Of a DNA stretch of 64,000 bases, positions 1 to 12,406 are shown in pieces. A program made the position numbers and the translations under genes. Positions within the stretch are counted from its first letter, which is position 1; the number at the start of each line of letters is the position of its first letter. Under the pieces are notes generated by a model that did not search any database, had not been told where the DNA came from, and saw nothing but the letters and a program-made list of their open reading frames with translations. Source of the stretch: Euprymna scolopes (Eukaryota); assembly GCA_053919585.1 (NCBI GenBank), contig CM132784.1; one strand, given 5' to 3'.

Positions 1-960
1 TCTGCAACGAAAGTAAAATACTGCAGCTTAATTATTTCCTGTCTGACTTATAAATGAATTCATAACATTAAGAGAATGAACCTTATTTTGACCCAGAAAT
101 CAACAAAAACATGCTACAATCGGTATGTGTCTACTTCTATTTACTATTCAGTGTTCACTTATTACCAACTAAATACCTCATTGTATAGCAACTTTGACTT
201 TTACTTTAAAGTTGGTGGTTTCACAATCAATTAACATACATCACATTAACAACCTACAATTGCAATGATGAAGCTATAATTTATATAGAAACATGCCTAT
301 GTACTTGCGTCGCACGTACCTTCGTTTCACGGTCAGAAAAACTAGGTATGTTTATTTAAAGAGAAAAAGTAAAAACTGAAAGAGAAAAAATGAGAAAGTA
401 AAAACAACAAACGAGTGTAGGAAGATGAAGGAGTTAAAGAAATCGAAAGACTTAATAAGTTCGTACAAAAACGGAACATCAAATGTCACGTTGCCTGACA
501 AAGTAAACAAATACATTGTCCAGAAGAGGAAACGAGTAAAACACACCGTTGATGTCGGAGATGGGAGCGGATAAAGAAAAAAAGAGACCTGTTGTGTCGC
601 CAGTATTTGCCAAAAGGAAGTAAAGACCAACTGGAAGAAATTAGGAGGAAAGTAACTTTTTGCTTAGAACAACTTAAAGGGGTTCAAAACAGGAACGCAG
701 AACACCTAATTCTAAGTTAATAAGGTATAAAATAGCAAATATTTCGACAACTTTACCCGATGAGAATAAATTAATATGATTTTCGGAATCAACATACTCA
801 GTCTAAATCAGCTTAGAAACCTTGGGCACAAAAGAAAATGTGCTGGCAAGTGTTATCAGTGATGGATAGTTGTGATTGTTTGAAGCAAGGGAAATGTGAT
901 ATGTGATACGAAAATTAATAAAAGTTATTTTTTTAATGCATTCTAGAATATTAATTAATT

Positions 961-2086
961 AATAATATTTATTTAATGTTCGTTAGAGTAAAAAAGTGGA
1001 CCAATAATAGTTATTTAATGTCGTTAGAGTAAAAAAGTAGACCAATAATAGTTATTTAATATTCGTTAGAGTAAAAAAGTGGACCAATAATAGTTATTTA
1101 ATGTTCGTTAGAGTAAAAAAGTGGACCAATAATAGTTATTTAATGTTCGTTAGAGTAAAAAAGTGGACCAATAATAGTTATTTAATGTTCGTTAGAGTAA
1201 AAAAGTGGACCAATAATAGTTATTTAATGTTCGTTAGAGTAAACAAGTGGACCAATAATAGTTATTTAATGTTCGCTAGAGTAAACAAGTGGACCAATAA
1301 TAGTTATTTAATGTTCGCAAGAGTAAAAAAGTGAACCAATAATAGTTATTTAATGTTCGTTAGAGTAAAAAAGTGGACCAATAATAGTTATTTAATGTTC
1401 GCTAGAGTAAAAAAGTGGACCAATAATAGTTATTTAATGTTCGTTAGAGTAAAAAAGTGGACCGATAATAGTTATTTAATGTTTGTTAGAGTAAAAAAGT
1501 GGACCAATACCAGTTATTTAATGTTCGTTAGAGTAAAAAAGTGGACCAATAATAGTTATTTAATGTTCGTTAGAGTAAAAAAGTGAACCAATAATAGTTA
1601 TTTAATGTTCGTTAGAGTAAAAAAGTGGACCGATAATATTTATTTAATGTTCGTTAGAGTAAAAAAGTGGACCAATAATAGTTATTTAATGTTCGTTAGA
1701 GTAAAAAAGTGGACCAATAATAGTTATTTAATGTTCGTTAGAGTAAAAAAGTGGACCAATAATAGTTATTTAATGTTCGTTAGAGTAAAAAAGTGGATCA
1801 ATAATAGTTATATAATGTTCGTTAGAGTAAAAAAGTGGACCAATAATAGTTATTTAATGTTCGTTAGAGTAAAAAAGTGGACCAATAATAGATATTTAAT
1901 GTTCGTTAGAGTAAAAAAGTGGACCAATAATAGTTATTTAATGTTCGTTAGAGTACAAAAGTGGACCAATAATAGTTATTTAATGTTCGTTAGAGTAAAA
2001 AAGTGGACCAATAATAGTTATTTAATGTTTGTTAGAGTAAAAAAGTGGACCAATAATAGTTATTTAATGTTCGTTGGAGTAAAAGT
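961..2086 (+). repeat. 42-bp minisatellite, ~27 copies
   Basis: Unit AATAATAGTTATTTAATGTTCGTTAGAGTAAAAAAGTGGACC repeated head-to-tail with few substitutions; it generates the (MFVRVKKWTNNSYL)n ORFs. Confidence 0.97.
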
Positions 2087-2249
2087 ACATATCAATATGA
2101 AATCATAAGAGATAAATGCTTCTTCGTAAGCTAATGTGTTTAAAGAATGCTGCATTGGCTTTGTTATTCGTATAAAACTATGTATACACAATATTTGATG
2201 TTTTAGCTTCTGGTACTAATACATAAATACTGTCAGTAGCCTACACGTG

Positions 2250-2905
2250 AGCATCGTACATTAAACTGCCTATGCGTAAAGCAAGGTGAAGCTAAGATGA
2301 GACCAACCACCGCCAAGGATAGTCCTTTTTACTTCTCTATTGTCATGGCAAAATTTAATTTACTTGATTACTGAAGCTTTTTGAATTGAATTGCAGAATC
2401 TGATGATCATCAGCGAGAGTAGAATCTCTAGAAATGAAAATGTTCTCATCTCTTAGAATTGCATGATGTAGGTGTTGATAGATTACATGTACCATGTCAT
2501 TTTTAGCAGCTTGAATTGCTGTCTCCATTAGATTATTAGCACGCATATCGTTTTCAGATGCACCTGTGTAAATTTTTCTACTAAGTTTTGTGAGTGAATG
2601 TTTTTCTAAGCAACATTATTAATTCATCTCGATCAGTAAAGTTCATAAGATAGTTTACGAAACCAGTGTTGACATTTTGAGTTGACTAATTGCTAACTGT
2701 TCTGTAATATTTTTGATGCTTATGCATCTACGTTATCATGTAGTTTTTAATAGTATTTTCGCAATTAATTACATTTTTAAGGTATATTTTGTTTATTATA
2801 TTGTTAACTGAAAGTACAAAATAGCAGAAAAATCCCCATTGCCATGTTAAGAATGGTTTTCGAAATAACTTTCAGCACGGTACCGTAGATGCATAAGTAC
2901 CCATC
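2250..2905 (-). pseudogene. Decayed ionotropic receptor (IR/iGluR family)-like sequence, M1 to last TM helix
   Basis: Minus-strand translation across frames gives, in order: LFRKPFLTWQWGFFCYFVLSV (pre-M1 PF..W and M1-like), SIKNITEQ..STLVS*TIL*TLLI (pore-loop Q, start of M3), MRANNLMETAIQAAKNDMVHVIYQHLHHAILRDENIFIS (S2 start-like), FAMTIEK*KGLSLAVVGLILASPCF (pre-M4 and M4-like). Stops and frameshifts throughout. Confidence 0.45.
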
Positions 2906-2940
2906 TAAAAATATTTAAACTCAAATAAAGTATATATGTA

Positions 2941-4172
2941 CGAGATGACTTAAACAACTAAAAGACTTATTTTCGTATAGTACACACATGAAACTCTAGT
3001 GCCCTACGAATAATTTCCTCCAGTTGCAATGCGCTTGTTGTACCGCTCTCGCAACTTCTGGAAGGCCCCATGGAAGTCCTCTTCTGGGAGCGTGTCAATG
3101 ACCCCGCACAGCATTTTTCATCTCCTCAATTGTCTCATAATGACAGCCTGTAAGGTTTTCCTTGAGCTTAGAGAATAACCAAAAGTTGAGGGAGCAAGGT
3201 CTGGACTATAGGGAGGGTGAGGAACTATCGTGATGTCCATCTTGGTCAAATAGTCTGTGACAAGGATGGAGTTGTGCATTGTCCTGGTGAAAATGCCACT
3301 GACCCGATTTGAAGAGTGCTGGCCTCTTCCGACGGTATATCTTCCTGAACTTCTTTAAAAACTCAATATAGTATTCCTTGTTTACTGTCTCTCCAGTGGG
3401 AACTCAGTGCATGTAGCTCATGCCCTTGCTGTCAAAAAAGGGATCATCATAGGTTTCTGTGTGGGTTTGTTTTGTCTGGCCTTCTTGAGCCTGGGCCAGC
3501 CAGCATGCTTCCACTGGGAATTCTGTTTCTTGGTCTCTGAATCACAACAGTAGATTCATCTTTCATCTCATGTCATGCTGTTATGACAAGACTTTCTTTC
3601 TGGTCTTCTCTGAACACCCTTGCGACAAACCTTGCGAAAATCTTCCACATCTTCAGTTCCTCACGAATAATCGTGTACAGTTCTCACACTGACATCAAAC
3701 TGTGCACTTATTGTTGCTATAGACGCACGATGGTCCTTATCCAAATAAATTCTTTATTGGCCAATAAACTCTGGTGTTCTGACTTCCTTACTCGGCCACA
3801 CTTCTCATCATCCCTCGTAGTCCTTTCCTTCCTTGAATCTCTTATGCTACTCAAAAACTGATGCTCGATTTATGCAAGATGGGTGCATTCCATACTTTTC
3901 TCTCTCAATTTTTCCAAGTTTAAAACAGAATTTTATTGCATATCGTTCTTCTAAAGTCTCCTCACGTCCTGATTGTATTTTAAATTTCACCAGCTCTGGT
4001 AATCAGGCTTTAGTATGGTGTATTCCAATTCCTGCTATACCAGTTCATTTTAACTTGAAATCATAAAAAAAATGGTAAGATGTATAGCAATAAGATACTG
4101 AATTTTCAAGAATCTACTTTAATTTTGAAGTATCTGTACAAAAATGTCTGGAAATTTATTGAAGGCCCCTCG
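2941..4172 (-). mobile_element. Degenerate full-length mariner DNA transposon with a pseudogenised transposase
   Basis: TA-flanked ends CGAG... and ...CCCCTCG with degenerate TIRs, ~1.23 kb. The minus strand encodes RKRPALFKSGQWHFHQDNA, IVPHPPYSPDLAP, WLFSKLKENL and the N-terminal LEERYAIKFCFKLGK. Confidence 0.92.
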
Positions 4173-4501
4173 TAGTTATCGTGGAAACGTATTGTTAAAT
4201 CTAAAGAAATCTATTTATACTCCTATGATTTTTTGTATTAATATTCATATTAAAATCCCCTTTTTTCTATTTGTTTAAAAAAGAAATATAACTTTGTTAT
4301 ATATGGGTTGTAGAATTGCATTTATTTGCAAAAGATCTAACTAATTTGCATATTCTTTTAAACATTCATTTTAATTAATTTCCTATTAGTTTTTTTTTCG
4401 GTTTTCATATGTTATAGTTTACTATTGCGTGTAATTATATTCATGAATTATATTATTGCGTAATATTTGCGTAAAAAAGTTATAGTAAACAAAAACCTAT
4501 T

Positions 4502-4505
<4 letters not shown>

Positions 4506-4546
<41 letters not shown>
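4506..4546. repeat. (TA)n microsatellite
   Basis: Direct reading. Confidence 0.95.
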
Positions 4547-4550
<4 letters not shown>

Positions 4551-5199
4551 GCATGCGTATATATATTTGTTTAAAAATTTTGCCTACCAAACTCCTCTGT
4601 CAGTTTTTGGTCTGCAGACATGAAACTTAATATATAGGGTATTCGAACCCATGCGAAACTTTATATTTTGGTTTTAGCTGAGGAAAATCGGTGCAGAAGT
4701 GTGAAGATTAAAAAATGGAATTTGCCAAGTGATGGTCGAACGATGACATTACGAATATACATGCGTAACGTAATAGGTACTGGTTCATTTTTTAATATCT
4801 AGCCTTGCAGCAAATATGTCTTCATAGTTCAGGCATTAACGCCAAAGGAAAAAGTAAATCGTAAGCTAAACGTTGTGGTTTCGATTCTCGGTAGTGACAC
4901 GCAAGTCATTGTTTTGTAACTTTTCAAATCATTACTATATATTGAGTCCAATATAATATAATAAATACGAAATCTGCATCAATTAAAATATCATATTTAA
5001 GCGTATTTTACGACCAGGCATTAATTATTGCGGAAGCGTAACAAACATTATTTATTTAAAAACTATAATGTGTCAGTGTAAAACGTAGAAAAAAATAATC
5101 GCTTCGAAATTGTTCATCCTGTTAATAAACACCTAATTTACTAAATTACTTATTTTTAAGCTAAGAGATTAATTAAGACCTTATTAAGACCTAGAGCCC

Positions 5200-5900
5200 A
5201 CACTAGAATAAGTTAAGTAGATGGAGTTGATTTGAAGATGACTATGTTATAGTCAGCGTGGAAGCAACTCGTGGTATTGCGTTCCACAAGTTATTAACAG
5301 TTTTAGGAAAGAAACTCTGCTCATGGAATGTTCGCTTAGTTTAGGCACAGATAGAGAATGTGGGAAATTGGCGTGTATTGGTTGCGAACGTTTTATCGGG
5401 GTTGACCATAGATTGAAGTTCAGTCGAGCACCTACCATAAAAGTAACGATAGCGCAGTCAGCGTGGAAGCAACTCGTGGTATTGCGTTCCACAAGTTATT
5501 AACAGTTTTAGGAAAGAAACTCTGCTCATGGAATGTTCGCTTAGTTTAGGCACAGATAGAGAATGTGGGAAATTGGCGTGTATTGGTTGCGAACGTTTTA
5601 TCGGGGTTGACCATAGATTGAAGTTCAGTCGAGCACCTACCATAAAAGTAACGATAGCGCAGATACAGACTCGCAACGTCTCTTATGTAAGAAAGAAGAA
5701 GTAGGGAAGCGAAAAAGTCATCGTCCACTAAATAGGAACTCCACCCAAAATGTGGCAGCAGTACTCCATCTTAGGACGTATTTAATTCTTGTACAGATAA
5801 AAAATTGCGTCTAGAATGCGATACTTTCTGGAGCGATAGAACGATCCCATTATTTTTCGCATGATGTAATATAGGTCTTCCATTTCAGGTCAGGGGTCAG
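5200..5900 (-). mobile_element. 3' fragment of a LINE ORF2 (CR1/L2/Jockey-group-like)
   Basis: IRPKMEYCCHILGG, RDVASLYLRYRYFYGRCSTELQSMV and HSMSRVSFLK post-RT motifs; same family as 21482-21890. Confidence 0.85.
5251..5662 (+). repeat. 205-bp tandem duplication inside the LINE fragment
   Basis: 5251-5455 is repeated apparently identically at 5456-5660, with AG microhomology at the junction. Confidence 0.93.
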
Positions 5901-6132
5901 TAATGGTCAGTTCTAGCAGTTTATCGAGTGTTCTTCATTTTATTTTTCAATGCAATCAAAGTATAAAAGATAATCACGCAGAGTCAACTTTAGCGAATTC
6001 ATTTTTTCTACCGAACACCTAATTTGATAACTTCTTTTTCCTCTAAAAGATTATTTTTATTTTTAGTATTATTTTGTTTTTTAATATAATTTTGGGTGCT
6101 TAAATCAACACAAAGAAAAAAATAGGAAAAAG

Positions 6133-6295
6133 NNNNNNNNNNNNNNNNNNNNNNNNNNNNNNNNNNNNNNNNNNNNNNNNNNNNNNNNNNNNNNNNNNNN
6201 NNNNNNNNNNNNNNNNNNNNNNNNNNNNNNNNNNNNNNNNNNNNNNNNNNNNNNNNNNNNNNNNNNNNNNNNNNNNNNNNNNNNNNNNNNNNNNN
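6133..6295. other. Assembly gap (N run)
   Basis: Run of n. Confidence 1.
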
Positions 6296-6652
6296 TCCAA
6301 GGCATGAAAATTGTTAAACAAAATGTTTTTACTATAGGCTTTAAAAATAAGGGTACAAGATTCAATTTGAAATTTATTTATCTTCAAAGTGCACTTTTAT
6401 AAATTTTGCAAAGTAAGGTATAAAAATTTAATTTAAATTGAATCAAAAAATTATCTTGGATTTATTTTATGTAATGTACATTCTGTTGCACTTTAAAAAA
6501 ATCATTGAAAATTTTATATCTATATCATTAATTGCTAGATGAAAGATAATGTTTTTAAAGTGCACCAAAATATACATTACATAAAATAAATCCAAGGTAA
6601 TTTTTTGATTCAATTTAAATTAAATTTTGTTTAACAATTTTCATGCCTTGGA
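6296..6652. repeat. Foldback/MITE-like inverted repeat
   Basis: Perfect 29-bp outer arms at 6296-6324 and 6624-6652, plus ~80-bp imperfect inner arms at ~6424-6507 and ~6548-6628. Confidence 0.8.
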
Positions 6653-6715
6653 TGAAATGCTTTTCTAACTTGTATCTTATCTTTTTAAGATTATATTTTA
6701 AAACTCTTCTCTTTA

Positions 6716-6864
6716 TTTCAGTTTGTATTTCTCCTCACACCACAACTCATTTTTGCAACCCCTCTTTGTATTATTACAGGTCTGAATATTCTGTTTCAGT
6801 TTCTATTTCTCCTCACACCACAACTCATTTTTTGCAACCCCCTCTTTGTAATACAGGTCTGAAT
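6716..6864 (+). repeat. ~78-bp tandem duplication (2 copies)
   Basis: TTTCAGTTT(G/C)TATTTCTCCTCACACCACAACTCATTTT... starts at 6716 and 6794. Confidence 0.85.
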
Positions 6865-7134
6865 AATGAGAAAATCTGAATTTTTTAAAACAAAAACTTT
6901 AAAATAACTTGTTTAGATTAAATTTTTTTAACTTCTTTCAGAATAGAAAATCTTTAAAATTTAACAAGGAACATATTTCATATAGGTTTCATTAACAAAT
7001 ATTCAGTACATAACGAGAAAAATAGCGGTTAAAATTTCAAAAGGACATTATAACTGGTTACGGTCAATAGTAGTCCTCGCCAGCGAAAGTCTTTGTTATT
7101 GTTATTCTATTATGCTTGCTCTTTCGTGCGAGGA

Positions 7135-7137
<3 letters not shown>

Positions 7138-7222
<85 letters not shown>
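7138..7222. repeat. Compound (TA)n(TG)n microsatellite
   Basis: Direct reading. Confidence 0.95.
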
Positions 7223-7227
<5 letters not shown>

Positions 7228-7269
7228 AATTAAAATCATTAAAAAGATAGTGAAAAAATAAACTCATAC

Positions 7270-8290
7270 TGACTCAGTCACCGACGTTATTTTGAATTTA
7301 GTACTGAAGCGTTCATTAATTGAAAAGTATGGAATTGATGCGTAATGGAATGTATATGTTCGATCAATGACGTCGCTAGTAAATGAAAGAGCGAATGAAT
7401 AAGGGGGCTTTATTATTTTAGTAGATAAGTATGTGCGCAAAAGAGGGAAAATGTGGATAGCCGAAAATAGAATAATGACAGACACTGACTCTAAAGTTAA
7501 TACTATGAAATATTTGCCCTGGTATTAACTGGGATAGTCACAGTAGTAAATATTTAGTGAGTAAGTTATCCTCCTACCACGGTTAGCTATGACTTGTTTA
7601 GAAACTCTCTTCGAAAATAATGTAGCAATTTGTGATACCAAATAAAAATGAATGATAATTACCGGAAAACATGCATCAAGTAGTGCCAGGAAGTGTAACT
7701 ATTTTCGAGTCATGTGTGGAGACAGCGTTTGTAAAACTATACTAACTCTTATTAAATAATAGAGAAGAGATAATTGCTCGACTGTATTTGTTATTTATTT
7801 GCAATATCACACTATGTCTTTCAATCTCAATATCACATTCCAATTTTCATGTTAATAAAATTATGCCCAGGTATGGGTGCAAAACTCTGTATAGGGTTGT
7901 ATTAGAGCTGTATATATGTTTAAAAGATTACCTTGGATAATAACCTGTTTAAACTGGGATTATTAATAAAACTTACAAACTGGAGTCTCGACGAAAGAGT
8001 TGTTGTGATGGTACGGAATATTCCTATGATAGATAATTTGTCGTTTATATCATTATAAGTTAGTATGACACTGCCATTGGGTTCTGTTATTGTTATCTGC
8101 AACTGTGCCAAATGTTATTGTTATCTGCAACCGTGCCAAATGTACACATTCAATAGTTTTAATTTCCACCGCGTGGCACAGATCAGGATCTTTGTAAATT
8201 AAGACAACAAAACTTCACAGTTCGGATCATTATTAAACCTCCGGCCAAGCCATTGTTTTGATGGAAATTATAGTTATCGTCATATTTATT
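7270..8290 (-). pseudogene. Second decayed IR/iGluR-like sequence (S1 to start of S2)
   Basis: In order on the minus strand: TITIISIKTMAWPE and ITITEPNGSV..KLSIIGIFRTITTTLSSRLQF (S1-like), LIQPYTEFCTHTWA (pre-M1-like), IVLTLESVSVIILFSA..TYLSTKIIKPPYSF (M3 into S2 linker) and SDVIDRTYTF..SINERF (S2 start-like). Confidence 0.38.
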
Positions 8291-9744
8291 TGTACTCAAT
8301 CCCCTTTCAAGTCGGATGATGTTTACTAGTGCCTTCAGTACACCGTATTATCAGACGACTGTTTATTGTCCTGCAGAATCATCTGAAGGCCTTTCAATAA
8401 ATTATGTACCCAGATCAAATGAACTTATGGTTCTCACTGAGCTATCACAATCAAGTACGGAGAGAGTGAGCACTTACCAAAACACCTTAACAGAATATGT
8501 ACAAGTAACACATGAATCACTCGAGCGCTGAAGCGATCGCAACCATTCAACTAACCAGGCCTCAATAAACTGTAACGACTTTTATATTGACTGAAACTTC
8601 TTTGGCAAGGGAGATGTAGACACTTCTCATACTTTTGCTATTTATTGTTGGATTGATTTCACAATTCGTTCCTTCTTTGGCTCCCACAGTTGGCGACTAT
8701 TTTAAAAAATAGCTGCCACTGCCAGTAATAATAGGTTTATAAGGTTGCTCATAATTTAGATTTATTCATAATATATTGGTCTACCTCTAATAATGTGTAT
8801 TAAAAAATACGCGATAGGCTACTTTACCCCTGCTGGAAACCATTTTGAAAAATTGTCGTCATAACTGCCATGGGGACGGATAGTTGGACGATGGTTCTAC
8901 ACCTATATTTGTCCATAATATATAGCTCTATCTCAGTGTTAAAATAAATGCTTTTATCAAATAATACAGGATACGTTAGCTTAAAACAAACTAAAACGCT
9001 TACTGACGATTGTCATGTTAATCTGTGTCGCCATGTTGCTAAACAAATTATTCGAAAATCTGTTGCGAGGTTTGTTTGACCAAACAACAACACCGGACAC
9101 GCTGTAATCATTTCCGGAGATAAGGATCGAGCTGGGCTGTCGTGAGTAAATGATTTTTCACCAGGAAATATTCATATTGCAAATTTGTATGCACACTTCA
9201 GACAGCTTCTAATATTTCTAAGTACAAAATCCACTTCAAACGCGGATTTTTGTGTTTCATGAATAAATGGATTATAAGAATGCATATCAAATTGAATAAG
9301 TTTTACATATCATAAGCGAAAGTTCCATGCAAGAATAATCTCATATCTGTCTCATGTTTATGTGATGAACTACGTAAATAGTCGTTACTTATGGCTGAAT
9401 CGAGCTACAACACATCGCATCGGTTGTATTATGGCTACCAAGTCTCACAGTTTCTAACTACGAAAGCTCGCAACTGATTCTATAAAACCGGTTAAAACCG
9501 GTTTTCGTGTGATGCTCACTAAAAACGAAATCGATTTGCTAAAACTGAAATTAATATTTGTAGTTTCCGCTTTTGTTTACTTTTGAAGAAATATTATAAA
9601 TGCAGTCAGGAGCCTTCCGTGAGTGTTGAGTGCAGACACTTTCATTGAAACAAAGCGCAACAAATAAGTTTCCTTTCTTGATTGTACTGTTCTTATAAAA
9701 GCATTTTGCTGTCCTGGTGATCAGTGTTTTATATGTAAACAATT

Positions 9745-9903
9745 TATATAAAAACGATTTTATATATAAAACATTGCATATATAATCATTTTACGTACAT
9801 TCGTACAAACCTTTTTTATATAAACATTTTACCTACATTCGTAAAAGAAAATTATATACATACATTTTACGTACGTTCGTGAAAGCATTTTATATATATA
9901 TAT

Positions 9904-9934
<31 letters not shown>

Positions 9935-10760
9935 AATTTTATATATAATCGTATAAGCATTTTATATATAAACATTTTACGTACATTCGTACAAACATTT
10001 TATATATAAACTTTACATATATTCGTATAACCATTTTATATAAACACTTTACGTATATTCGTATGAGCATTTTATATATAAACACTTTACGTATATTCGT
10101 ATAACCATTTTATATATAAACACTTTACGTATATTCGTATGAGCATTTTATATATAAACATTTTACGTACATTCGTAAAACATTTTATATATAAGCACTT
10201 TACGTATATTCGTATAAACATTTTACGTACATTCGTATAAACATTTTATATATAAGCGTTTTACGTACATTCGTATAAACATTTTATATATAAATATTTT
10301 ATGCACATTCGTATAAACATTTTATATATAAACCTTTTATGCACATTTGTAAAACCATTTTATATAAAGAAATTTTACGTACGTTCGTACAAATATTTTA
10401 TAGATATAATTTTACATACATTAGCTTAAACATTTCATTTATAAACATTTTACGTACATTCCCATGAATATTTTATATATAAACATTTTACGTACATTCG
10501 TATAAACATTTTATATAAAAACATTTAACTTCATTCGTATAAACATTTTAACTATATACATTTCACGTACATTCGTATAAACATTTCATATATAAATACT
10601 TTACGTACATTCGTATTAACATTTTACATACATTCGTATAAACATTTTATATATGAACAGTTTACGTACATTCGTATAAATATTTTATGTATAAACGTTT
10701 TACGTACATGCGTATAAATATTTAGTCGAATTTATTTATATATAAATATTTAGTCGAAAT
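9745..10760 (+). repeat. Degenerate AT-rich minisatellite (~20-40-bp units)
   Basis: Recurrent AAACATTTTACGTACATTCGTAT alternating with AAACATTTTATATAT. Confidence 0.9.
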
Positions 10761-11978
10761 TATTAACATATCCAAGAATTATGAAAAATGATGAAATGTG
10801 AGTTAATCGATTGGTGTGTTTGTAATGAAATCATCCGCCCAGACAATATATCAAAGTTATTATTTTAGTAACGTGGTGGTGGGGGGGCGATACAATTTTA
10901 ACAAAAGGGCTAGAATAATATGATGATGTCTTCATTCATGCTAACCGCCCATAGAATGTCCAGCAGCAATATATTATATATGAAAGATTCCACTGTGGAA
11001 TTTCCGCAGGTCTTGCTAGTCATAATTAATAATAGCTCGCACACCAGAAAAAACGCTCGTGGAAAATGTCCATCGGATGGTTTCTATATTTCAGCGAACC
11101 AATTATTGTTTTACTCGTTCGGGCATTCACATCCAATGTAAAATTCTTATATACATCTAGTACATAAAGTAGATCTACTTTTAGTTTTTTAGTCCATTTA
11201 AAACGATTTATTACAAGAAACCCACATCTCTTTGGATATAAACGTCATCTAAGTATATTCTTAAAATACATTTGATTTTAACCGATTTTAATATTTAATT
11301 CGATCTATTACTTATGTTTTATTTATATAATTTCGCATTTGATCTGGCAGAACTAATTCTCTATTCAATATTATATAAAACCTAATATATAGTAGTGATT
11401 TTTAAAGTTTAAAAACTATTTTAGTATTTAAGTTTAAAAAATGACTTGGATGCCAAATTTGGACATGTGCAGAAAGAAGTAAAAATATGTCGCCAAGTTA
11501 AGATGGACAGCTTGCATTTCAACTTATCAATAAATGTCTGTATAGGTTATTCATCCAAACAAAGATTTTACGCGTAATAAACCATCCTTGGTGTATGGTT
11601 ACTATTTCTTGTTAATTTCAGTGTTATGTGACCAGTAGTTTAAGAGTTTATCAGTTAAATATTTACACACAGAAAACACACACACATACATCTATTGTTT
11701 TATCGATATAGATTCGAGAACTACACTAATTGTCACCCATGAAAATCGGCATTTGTTTAATAAAATACATATGTATGCACCGATTCTTTTTTTAGATTCG
11801 AGTCTTTCCATTGGCTAATTGAAATAGATGTAACCAATTGCTACGCTTCTTAAAAATTGCACATTGATTTATTTTTTGAATCGCATAATGTAAAACGGTT
11901 TGATTCAACTGATAATTTCATGCCCAACCTTTGTTTTCAATAATTTACAAACTTTTAAGTTGTTAATTAATTGAAGGC

Positions 11979-12406
11979 AATAATTAAAACGTACAAACAA
12001 AAATAATTAAAACGTACAAACAAAAATAATTAAAACGTACAAACAAAAATAATTAAAACGCACAAACAAAAATAATTAAAATGTACAAACAAAAATAATT
12101 AAAATGTATAAACAAAAATAATTCAAATGTACAAACAAAAATAATTAAAATGCACAAACAAAAATAATTAAAATATAGAAACAAAATAATTAAAATGTAC
12201 AAACAAAATAATTAAAATGTACAAACAAAAATGATTAAAATGTACAAACAAAATAATTAAAATGTACAAACAAAATGATTAAAATGTACAAACAAAATGA
12301 TTAAAATGTACAAACAAAATTAATTTAAATGTCCAAACAAAAATAATTAAAATGCACAAACAAAAATAATTAAAATGTACAAACAAAAATAATTAAAATG
12401 TACAAA
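11979..12406 (+). repeat. 22-bp minisatellite, ~19-20 copies
   Basis: Unit AATAATTAAAA(C/T)GTACAAACAA. Confidence 0.95.

Noticed and set aside
1101-2108. Repeat protein (MFVRVKKWTNNSYL)n
   Set aside because: It arises because the unit is 42 bp (a multiple of 3). TGG>TGA stops occur in two units and no gene structure supports it.
6100-6387. ORFs spanning N runs (also 44961-45428)
   Set aside because: Artefacts of translating assembly gaps.
8478-8570. Minus-strand exon FIEAWLVEWLRSLQRSSDSC.. with a GTAAGT donor
   Set aside because: It could not be joined in frame to neighbouring segments. It might be N-terminal IR remnant, but this is unsupported.
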